A stretch of 64,000 bases of DNA from Bugula neritina (lineage: Eukaryota > Animalia > Bryozoa). The notes beneath the pieces are model-generated. The model had not been told where the DNA came from. It saw only the letters and a program-made list of their open reading frames with translations, and did no database searches. The translations under genes and the position numbers were made by a program. Where the stretch lies: contig OZ037765.1 of NCBI GenBank assembly GCA_964035545.1, positions 22,009,504-22,073,503 of the forward strand, read 5' to 3'. Shown here in pieces: positions 56,701-64,000 of this stretch; positions within the stretch are counted from its first letter, which is position 1; each line of letters starts with the position of its first letter.

Positions 56701-59700
56701 ACGGCGGCGTAGTGGCTCAGGCCGGTCACCACTAGCATACTCCTCCGGATATGGAGCGGGAAGTGTTCTATCCCGTACCCTGGTTGTAGCGGGTCGAGTG
56801 TATTCTGAAAAAGTTTCAACAGTGTTAATACAGTACACTGCCGTGTTGTCAGCTTGAATAGCTTGGCAACTCCTAATTCAGTTACCTCGTAGAGATTTAT
56901 GGTAGTGAATAGTCAGATAGAACACGTATTGCAATGAGATTATAAAAATCTCTAAGTCAAACTGAGTTCTTACTACGGTATTCCACTAACCTATCTCCAG
57001 CTCGATTGACTCAGTGAGTCAGAGCTGAGCGATGCAATCTAGTTTCGTATTAAGATATAGTTAACTCACCCCACGATCTGTTGTCGTAAGACATACTGAA
57101 TGTGTGAAATGGTTTGAACTACTGCTTAGAAACACGTCTACTCCTGACTGCATCAGCGTATGAAAAGATCGAGCAACGTGGTTGGGGTGCGTGATTAAGA
57201 CTTTGTGCACCCGGCGGATGAATTTTGTTTCTATTTCCGCCGATACAAAAGTTGATATTTCCTTGGTGTTGACAACTCCCACATTTGCTCGATACTTTTC
57301 TCGTACGGTTTTCCCTAGACTTTCATACACGCCGCTTTTAACGCAGTCGCATATGAAGTCCTTCAAGTATGCGGGGGGTTGCCTCGTACGCTGTCCCCTT
57401 TCTAGGGGGGGTGACACGCTTGCCGGTTCGTTAGTAGGGGCCTCTAATGGCGTCTCTACTTCACCGTTAGCGGTCACCTCTTCTTGTTCTCCGGATGGAG
57501 CCCCTCCCTCCGTGGGGGTTTGCACTTCCGGAACCGGTTCGGTTTCTGGAAGTGATGGAATTAGACTTGGCGGTGGCGGACACGCTTCTGTTGACAAAAG
57601 CTGCCGCTCCTCTCTCACCAAGTTTTCTTCCCGCGGTATGACCACTTCGTATTCAGGTCCATGCCGCCGTCGCCCGCGCGTTGTTGTCTGCCTCCTGGGC
57701 TCTAACAACGGGGGGGGGGCTTCTCCCACTCCGTCAGGGCTAGCCCAATACGGTTTCAAGCGAGACTCATTCTGGATAGACACCTGTCCTGAGCGCTCAA
57801 TCTTGTACGTATGATTGGGCATAGCCTCGACGACCACGTAGGGGCCTACGAACTTAGGCTTCAGCTTATCAGCCTGTTCGCGACGCCTACGGTAATTGAC
57901 CATCCACACCTTATCTCCCATTTGATAGAGAGGTGGTTCATCGGAATCTTCGTGCCGCACCTTCCACTGCTGTTGGCGCAGTATATCGTGTGCGGCCTTC
58001 ATCCGTTCCACTAGTTCACTGGCATACTCGTGAACTGAGTTGTCTTGCTCTGGAACGTGATAGGTGAGATGGTCAGGGACACGAGTCTCTCTCCCGAGCA
58101 TCAAGAGGTTTGGGGTCTCACCAGTACTGGTGTGTGGGGTGCTACGGTATGCACGCATGACTTGCGGCAACACCGTATCCCATTCCTCTTGACCTCGTCC
58201 AAGGAGGAGACTCCGGAGTGCATCACCTAGCATCCGGTTGTTGCGCTCCACCACCCCGTTACCTTGAGGGTGGTAGGGGGTGGTCCTGCTCTGATTTACT
58301 CCCCAGAGGCGGCAAAGGTCGCTCATCAGTTGAGACTGGAATTGAGCGCCTTGATCAGAGTGTATCTGTTCGGGGAGCCCAAAATAACAGAATACATGTT
58401 GGTCTAGTGCCCTGGCCACTGTTGGGGCTGATGCATCTGGGATAGCCAGAGCATCCGCCCACCTAGTAAAGTGGTCGGTTAGTACTAGGATCCAATTATT
58501 GCCTCTGGGGGTCAGGGGCATGGGTCCGACCAGGTCTACAGCGACTACTTGCCAGGGCCTACCAGCATATAGCCTCCGCCGTCCTGCTTCACCAGGGGGG
58601 CGGCTATGCTTACTGGCCTGGCAGATCTCACACTGTTTGACTCTGAGCCGGACGTCACGCTCCATTTGTGGCCAATACCACCGGAGTCGTAATTTGGACA
58701 TCACTCTCTTGACCCCTGCGTGGGCCTGTTTGTGAGTATCCCAAATCAACTCGCGGCGGATGGCTGTGGGGCAGACTACCCTCTTCCTTTCCGGGTGTCT
58801 GCCGCTGGCAGCTAGAGAGATGGTTAGCAACCCATCCTGCCCGATCCGCAGCGAGTCCCAACGCTGACAGTATAGCCGGAACTCGGCACATCCCTGTCGT
58901 ATGCGTTCCTCGCTGGGTCGTCGCCCTTCCCTTTTGGCCCGGTATACGTCTGCCACGACTCCAGGCAGCTCTTCTTAGAGCTTCTTCAGCTCTCGAACAT
59001 TACCGGCCAGTACAGGGTTGGCGCGGAGGTTTTGTACATCCTCCGGGGACTCATCAACTCTTTGCCTGAGTTGACCTTGGTCCCAGTCAAACGGTGCTCC
59101 GTGGTGAGCCAGCGTCTCCAACTCGCATCGCGGGGGACCTCCATCCCTCCTCTCGATGTTGAGACACTGTTTGCAACCTCCGTCAGGTCGGCGACTCAAC
59201 CCATCCGCATTGCTGTGTCTCTTGCCCGGTCGATGTTCGATCCGGTATGAGAATTCAGCTAGGATTTCGAGCCACCGGGCGACCTGACTAGAGGGCTCTG
59301 CTCTCCTGCACAACCAGATCAGCGAGGCATGATCCGTACGCAGCCGGAACTTCCTGCCATATAGGTATGGTCTGAAGTGCTTCACTGACTTGATTACTGC
59401 CAGCAGCTCCTTGCGGGTAGTGCAGTAATTTCGTTCAGCGGGTGAGAGAGACTTGCTGTAGTAGGCTACTACTACCTCTCGGCCTTCCTGCACTTGTGAC
59501 AGCACAGCGCCAACATTTTGGTCACTGGCGTCCGTGTCTAGGATGTACTCCAGAGTGGGGTCTGGGTAGGCCAAGATGGGCGCCGTTAGTAGGCAGCCCT
59601 TGAGGCGGTCGAACGCTTCCTGTTCGACTGGGGTCCACTGCCACGTCACTCCCTTTGCGGTGAGCCGGTTTAACGGCTGGGCTATGCCCGCAAAGTCTGG

Positions 59701-62700
59701 TATGTATTGCCTGTAATACCCTACCAGCCCCAAGAAAGCCCGGAGTCCGGTCAAGTCTTGGGGGGTGACCCAGTCTTCTACTGCCCGTACCTTTTCGGGA
59801 TCCGTTGCCACGCCGTTTCGACCGACAACGTGCCCCAGGTACTTGACCTCCGGCTGCAATAGAGCGCACTTGGAAGGTTTGAGTTTAAGACCGGCACCTC
59901 GGAGTCTCTCGAAAACCTCCTGCAGACGACTGACATGTGTCTCGAAGTCTGGAGAGATTACGATGACATCATCGAGGTAGACCAGCAGTGTCTTCCAATG
60001 GAGTCCGCTAAGGACTTGTTCCATCAGCCTCTGGAAGGTGGCTGAGGCGGAGGTTAACCCGAAGGGCAGCACCTTCCACTTCCACAAACCGTCCCGTGTG
60101 ATAAACGCCGCTTTCTCCTGGGCGTCGGGACTCAGAGGAACTTGCCAATAGCCGCTTAGCAAGTCTAACGTACTGAAGTACTTGCTGCCGGCTAGGGCGT
60201 CCAATGACTCGTCAATACGAGGTAGAGGATAAGCGTCCTGTATGGTTACGCTATTGAGCTTGCGGTAATCCACACAGAACCGCCAACTGCCGTCTTTCTT
60301 CCGGACCAGTACGACTGGCGAGCTCCACGCGCTATGGGCGGGCTCTATCAGTCCCCGGTCCAGAAGATCCCGTACTTGTCGGCTAACTTCCTTCTCTTTT
60401 TCCGGCCCCAGCCTGCGTGTGGGCTGCCGGACAGGGACTGTCCCTGCAGTCAGCGGTATTTCGTGCCTGACAACTCCAGTCAGCCCCACGTCATGATCTC
60501 CGCTACTGAACACATCACCGTAGTCGCGTAGCAACTTCGCCATGGCTTGGCGTTCCTTGTTGCTCGCGCAGCCGCCACTGGCTGTTCCGTATAACTCCCG
60601 GAGATGTGTTGGGACTGCCCCTCGTCCCTGAATAGGGCACTGAGGGAGTGCCTCTGTCGCATCACCTAGCGACGGGCCTACGTCTCCCTCCTGAACAGAG
60701 TGAAAACGGCCCAGCATCGACCCAGCCGGGAGCTTGATAGGCTCGGTAAAGGGGTTGACGCACTGCACTAAGATCTCCCCTTGCTCAGTCAACTGATTCA
60801 GACTGCTGGCAAGTTGGATCTTTTCGTGCGCGCCTTCAACCACCCCGAGTCCAGAGATCCGGCTATTATTCACCCTGCAGTGAATGGTAGCCCGGGAGCG
60901 GCCTGGTATGATACGGTTGCGTACCACTTGCACACCTCCCACTAAAGGGCGGCCGAACTTGTCGACGCAGGCGAGTTCCCGCCCGGACATCATCATTGCA
61001 GATCTGCTAAAATCTATGTGACATCCGTGCCGTTTAAGGAACGGCATCCCGAGGATAGCATCCTCCTTGAGCTGACTGACGATGAACGTCTCTTGGATCG
61101 TTTGATCACGGACTCGTCCCGTCAGCTCAATTATACCATAGAAGGGAAGGCACGACCCGTCAGCTAGGGTGCCGTATTCCCCTTCGTATGATTCCATTTC
61201 GCCCCTGACCCTAGCACTGAGGGTGTCGAAGAGTTGGCGGCTTAAGAGGTTTGTGGTACAGCCCGAATCAATGAGGAAAGTAACAGCTTTGCCTTCCAGT
61301 TTACCGGGCAAGAAATAGCTGTTCCCATGGGGCTGCACCTGAACTCTCTCTCTTCAGGCCCTACTCTCGCAGGGAGTACCTCCCTCGCTTTGGGTCGCGA
61401 AGGAGGTCTCTTGGGGCGGTGGTAGGTAGGCCTCGGGGGTGCCGAGGTTAGATCCTCGGCTACCTTTGTGGGCTCCCATCCAGATTCTTGGACTCGTAGC
61501 CCTGTGAATCTGTTGTGAAGGGGCATAGAAAAGGCAGCCGCGGGGCGAAGCCCCTTGCTGGTCCGTCGTGGCTGTTGCCACTGTTGGTTGCCAGTACGCG
61601 ATACCCGTCTGGGTGACCTGCGTTTCTTCTTCCCTGGGGGTTTCATCGTCGGCCCGCAAGAGGTGGGAACATCTGCGGGCCGCGGTAGTTTAACCCCTGA
61701 TTTAGGAAGGGACAGTATCGGCGGAAATGCCCTTGATTTCCGCACTCCCAGCAAAAACTGACTGTTTCTCCCTGTGGCGGCGCCGATGGCCGCATGGGCT
61801 CAGGGGCGGTACTCACTGGGTTTTGTGGTGTCAGTGTTGCTATCAGCTTGGCTAGCATGTCTGTCAGTTGAGTGACTTTCGATGCCGTCGCCAACTGGGA
61901 CACGGCAGCCGCGGCGGGGGTTTCCTCCCCTTGTCCCGCGGCCGTGTCTGCGCGGTCTATCTCCACTTGACGGGAGCTTCCGCGACTTTTATGCATTTGA
62001 TTAGCTAGGAGGTAAGCTTCCCCCTCAGTCAGAGCATCTTCAACGGTGGTGACTCCCCTAGCTAGAAACTGGTGGTGGAGACCCAGATCGTCGACAGATG
62101 CTATGAAAGCGTCGAGGGTATACCTCTCGCGGTTGACTGGGGGCAAGTCGCTGTACGCGATCTGTGCCAGCTTCATGACCGCGGCGGCATGCTCCCGCAG
62201 CGGGGTGCGGGGATCACGCCGCAACCTCTGCAATCGGGCCCTGGCATCTGTAGCAGAGAGGCCGAAGCGGGCCCGCAGAGAAGCAAAGATATTATCAATG
62301 TCTACGCCCAGCCCATAAGGCTTGGCTTTGTCCATCAATGCCATTCTAAGCTTCAGCAAGGCCACCCTAGGGGGCCACTGGGCGACGTCCATTACGTCAC
62401 TAAACTCTTGGATAAATTGTTCCACCTCCTCTTCACCCGTGAAGGTGGGCGCCTTTAACCGGTAGCGTTCCTTAGTTAGTTCTCGCGGAACCCTTCGCTC
62501 TTCTACTACATGGTTAACAGGCATTGTCTCTACAGCATTGTCTCTACGCTCACCTTCTATTGCCGGTGGTTGAGTTCCAGCATTTTCAGTCTCCATCTTG
62601 GATGCACTATCCCACTGCTGCCACCACTGTTATGATTTTCAGATCTAGGGTTGATGTGCTCTCCAGAGAGTCTATTTATTTGCTATAGAACTGCACCAGG

Positions 62701-64000
62701 ATAAGTCGAGTGAACGAGTATATTTTACACACAATTATACATTATAAAAACGATACATTATATTCAAACAAGTTACACATCTAATCTATTTCACACTCTA
62801 GCTTCGACTGAGTTAGCAGCGGGAAACTACAATTGCTGCTAACTATCAACTACGCTAATTGGCTATCCATTGTTCCGGGTCAATTACGCGACCCTACATG
62901 TTGTGCTGCTGGTAGTTCCACGAACCACCACAGTATCACTGTGTTCGTAGCCCACAACCTTGGTCCCAGTCTCTTGTCAGTCTCTAAGTATAACGTCAGT
63001 TAATATTTGAGTTATTAGTTAGTAGGTGTATGCTCAAGTACTAGTAAAGGATTTGTTTCAATTAGTATAAGTATCTCTTATGAATTTGTTCACTCTTTAT
63101 CAATCTCAATCTTCTTTCGTTCTCTCCATGCTCATTTCCTATTTCTTTTTTATTAATTTACAAATAAAGAACAGATAACTCCTTGGTATACACTTCAGAC
63201 ACTATTTGTCTGCTGCCTTCCTTCCTGCCAATACACAGCCTGTTTAAATCACCATCATTATCATTAGTATCATTATTATAATTATATACTAAAGCTAATA
63301 TATTTTGCAGCATTTTCATTTTTTGAAAAGTGTTGAATCCTTGCATAAATTACGTAATTTATAATAAGGCCAGCCAGAAATTTTGTTTTTATTGTCAGTG
63401 CTCTGTATCTTTAAAACTGTCTTAATATTAAAGTTTATTTATGGGGTTTTTAAGAGCCAAGAAAGAAGCTGAAGAAGAAAAAGTCACCAGCAAAAGAAGA
63501 ACTTTTACCTGATCCGCAAGAAAACATTATTGGTTAGTTCAACTAGTAATTTATAGCAGTTACTTAGAAGTGATGACTATAAGCTCATCAAAAGGTTCTA
63601 CTGTGCAAATTTGCAAGTTTTTTCAGTTTTAACAATAGATAACTTTACATGCATGCATACTGTTAATTTATTAAGCTGCTAACCTTTACAGCTATAAAAG
63701 TATTGCACTTTTGTCAAATAAGCTATTGTGAAGAAATATAAAAAGTTAAATATAGCAATATGCGTTGACACTCATGTTTTGCTTTCTGCGGAGATATTAC
63801 CAATATTACATCAACTTGTCATAATTTTTTTAAAGCATAATATTGTTACACTTGTTTTTGCTTGAATTATAATACTGTACGTATTTGGCAATCACTACTA
63901 ACCATTATAATATATTATGTGTTTTACAGCAGCCAACAGCATAAAAAAATCTACAAAGGCAACTTTTGATTTGTATTTAGAGCAAGCTCAAGCAAATATT
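53724..64000 (+). CDS. Probable 5' exons of an unidentified host gene continuing beyond the window
   Basis: Candidate exons 53724-53757 (ATG in ACAATGG context), 63455-63532 and 63930-64000 join in phase 1 with GT/AG ends. They give an open frame MEEYDGNAKPREPRKKLKKKKSPAKEELLPDPQENIIAANSIKKSTKATFDLYLEQAQANI. No homology recognised. Confidence 0.45.
54410..55330 (-). mobile_element. Decayed 3' end of an RLE-type non-LTR retrotransposon (R4/Dong-like)
   Basis: Broken frames give LKKETEELLAAENQA, VMHILSECKK, MESDNIKIL*DFNIHTNQIIKAMRPDTVVV, IAIP and YQALALEF. These resemble the CCHC and PD-(D/E)xK restriction-like endonuclease region. The element ends in a short (TAA)n tail near 54412; its 5' limit is approximate. 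Confidence 0.7.
55422..55726 (-). repeat. 3' LTR
   Basis: No difference from 62628-62932 found by eye. AATAAA on the minus strand at 55469-55474. Confidence 0.97.
55727..55737 (-). promoter_or_regulatory. Polypurine tract
   Basis: GGTGGGGGCGG on the minus strand directly abuts the 3' LTR. Confidence 0.8.
56017..56804 (-). CDS. Retrotransposon ORF3 main exon: zinc-finger / basic SP-rich / coiled-coil protein, not env-like
   Basis: The open frame contains C-x2-C-x12-H-x3-H and C-x-C-x12-H-x4-C (56631-56491), KRRTRSPSPPLRRRRTPSP and a 43-residue heptad repeat (56190-56062). There is no ATG upstream of the fingers; the acceptor ACTTTTTCAG| ends at 56805. Confidence 0.8.
57061..58974 (-). CDS. 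pol, integrase portion (same frame as RT, separated by one TAA)
   Basis: HHCC (HKQAH...CEIC), DDE (VAVDLVGP, HSDQGAQF, VERNNR), GPY/F module (PKFVGPY) and RTRQPPAYLKDF tail motif. Confidence 0.95.
   Translation of the reverse strand, partial: EELPGVVADVYRAKREGRRPSEERIRQGCAEFRLYCQRWDSLRIGQDGLLTISLAASGRHPERKRVVCPTAIRRELIWDTHKQAHAGVKRVMSKLRLRWYWPQMERDVRLRVKQCEICQASKHSRPPGEAGRRRLYAGRPWQVVAVDLVGPMPLTPRGNNWILVLTDHFTRWADALAIPDASAPTVARALDQHVFCYFGLPEQIHSDQGAQFQSQLMSDLCRLWGVNQSRTTPYHPQGNGVVERNNRMLGDALRSLLLGRGQEEWDTVLPQVMRAYRSTPHTSTGETPNLLMLGRETRVPDHLTYHVPEQDNSVHEYASELVERMKAAHDILRQQQWKVRHEDSDEPPLYQMGDKVWMVNYRRRREQADKLKPKFVGPYVVVEAMPNHTYKIERSGQVSIQNESRLKPYWASPDGVGEAPPPLLEPRRQTTTRGRRRHGPEYEVVIPREENLVREERQLLSTEACPPPPSLIPSLPETEPVPEVQTPTEGGAPSGEQEEVTANGEVETPLEAPTNEPASVSPPLERGQRTRQPPAYLKDFICDCVKSGVYESLGKTVREKYRANVGVVNTKEISTFVSAEIETKFIRRVHKVLITHPNHVARSFHTLMQSGVDVFLSSSSNHFTHSVCLTTTDRGVS
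58975..61353 (-). CDS. pol: aspartic protease, reverse transcriptase, RNase H
   Basis: Protease FLIDSG; RT SPVVLVRKKDGSWRFCVDYRKLN, LPFGL and YLDD; RNase H DTDAS, ELLAV, RTDH and NADGLSR. Confidence 0.97.
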   Translation of the reverse strand, partial: RERVQVQPHGNSYFLPGKLEGKAVTFLIDSGCTTNLLSRQLFDTLSARVRGEMESYEGEYGTLADGSCLPFYGIIELTGRVRDQTIQETFIVSQLKEDAILGMPFLKRHGCHIDFSRSAMMMSGRELACVDKFGRPLVGGVQVVRNRIIPGRSRATIHCRVNNSRISGLGVVEGAHEKIQLASSLNQLTEQGEILVQCVNPFTEPIKLPAGSMLGRFHSVQEGDVGPSLGDATEALPQCPIQGRGAVPTHLRELYGTASGGCASNKERQAMAKLLRDYGDVFSSGDHDVGLTGVVRHEIPLTAGTVPVRQPTRRLGPEKEKEVSRQVRDLLDRGLIEPAHSAWSSPVVLVRKKDGSWRFCVDYRKLNSVTIQDAYPLPRIDESLDALAGSKYFSTLDLLSGYWQVPLSPDAQEKAAFITRDGLWKWKVLPFGLTSASATFQRLMEQVLSGLHWKTLLVYLDDVIVISPDFETHVSRLQEVFERLRGAGLKLKPSKCALLQPEVKYLGHVVGRNGVATDPEKVRAVEDWVTPQDLTGLRAFLGLVGYYRQYIPDFAGIAQPLNRLTAKGVTWQWTPVEQEAFDRLKGCLLTAPILAYPDPTLEYILDTDASDQNVGAVLSQVQEGREVVVAYYSKSLSPAERNYCTTRKELLAVIKSVKHFRPYLYGRKFRLRTDHASLIWLCRRAEPSSQVARWLEILAEFSYRIEHRPGKRHSNADGLSRRPDGGCKQCLNIERRDGGPPRCELETLAHHGAPFDWDQGQLRQRVDESPEDVQNLRANPVLAGNVRELKKL
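61354..61688 (-). CDS. Gag-Pol transframe linker (-1 frame relative to gag; part of ORF 61242-61754)
   Basis: Reached by a -1 shift at GTTAAAC. Basic, Pro-rich sequence containing PLHNRFTGL. It would join the protease frame if one GA unit were removed at 61344-61353. Confidence 0.6.
61643..62596 (-). CDS. gag, 317 aa
   Basis: ATG 13 nt after the PBS; capsid-like PTFTGEEEVEQFIQEF; zinc knuckle CWECGNQGHFRRYC. Confidence 0.93.
   Translation of the reverse strand: METENAGTQPPAIEGERRDNAVETMPVNHVVEERRVPRELTKERYRLKAPTFTGEEEVEQFIQEFSDVMDVAQWPPRVALLKLRMALMDKAKPYGLGVDIDNIFASLRARFGLSATDARARLQRLRRDPRTPLREHAAAVMKLAQIAYSDLPPVNRERYTLDAFIASVDDLGLHHQFLARGVTTVEDALTEGEAYLLANQMHKSRGSSRQVEIDRADTAAGQGEETPAAAAVSQLATASKVTQLTDMLAKLIATLTPQNPVSTAPEPMRPSAPPQGETVSFCWECGNQGHFRRYCPFLNQGLNYRGPQMFPPLAGRR
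62609..62626 (-). promoter_or_regulatory. Primer-binding site, tRNA-Leu
   Basis: TGGTGGCAGCAGTGGGAT begins 1 nt inside the 5' LTR boundary. It is complementary, with one mismatch, to the 3' end ATCCCACCGCTGCCA-CCA of animal tRNA-Leu(AAG/TAG). Confidence 0.85.
62628..62932 (-). repeat. 5' LTR
   Basis: 305 bp, TG...CA ends, matching 55422-55726. Confidence 0.97.

Larger units (their letters stand above)
55422..62932 (-). mobile_element. Full-length Ty3/Gypsy LTR retrotransposon (7511 bp) with an extra 3' ORF
   Basis: Two 305-bp TG...CA LTRs; 4-bp TSD GTAT (55418-55421 and 62933-62936); PBS; PPT; gag; PR-RT-RH-IN domain order; body markedly more GC-rich than the flanks. Confidence 0.98.

Noticed and set aside
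56017-56838. ORF3 as env or as a bZIP factor
   Set aside because: No signal peptide or convincing TM segment. The basic patch is broken by prolines and lacks the bZIP N-x7-R pattern.
57182-57814. 210-aa antisense ORF, and other antisense ORFs over gag/pol
   Set aside because: Expected shadow ORFs of GC-rich coding sequence; no recognisable motifs.
61354-61659. 101-aa ORF in the pol frame as a +1 frameshift/readthrough route to pol
   Set aside because: It would need both a +1 shift and TGA readthrough. The -1 signal with a stem, plus one GA indel, is simpler.

Overview
AT-rich, intron-rich animal (probably invertebrate) genomic DNA. Exon models were built by hand from GT-AG boundaries and reading phase. 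Host genes in order: the 3' part of a NOMO (nodal modulator) gene (+); a TEL/ETV6-like ETS-domain factor (-); a complete 9-exon mitochondrial-clan cytochrome P450 (-); a Mn-motif SAXO-like microtubule protein (-); RPS9 with a 5'TOP exon (-); Golgi PAP phosphatase BPNT2/IMPAD1 (+); and the probable first three exons of an unidentified gene (+) that runs off the right end. Repeats include a tRNA-derived SINE family, a non-autonomous hAT element with a nested foldback MITE, other MITEs, mini/microsatellites, and decayed hAT and RLE-type LINE remnants. The standout is a very young 7.5-kb Ty3/Gypsy LTR retrotransposon (55422-62932, -) with apparently identical 305-bp LTRs, a GTAT target duplication, a tRNA-Leu PBS and a -1 frameshift signal. 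Where env would normally sit, it carries a non-env third ORF with two zinc fingers, an Arg/Ser/Pro-rich basic patch and a six-heptad coiled coil. This ORF has no ATG upstream of its zinc fingers but has a splice acceptor and two in-phase donors, suggesting a spliced nuclear accessory protein. No database searches were run; family assignments rest on recognised motifs.
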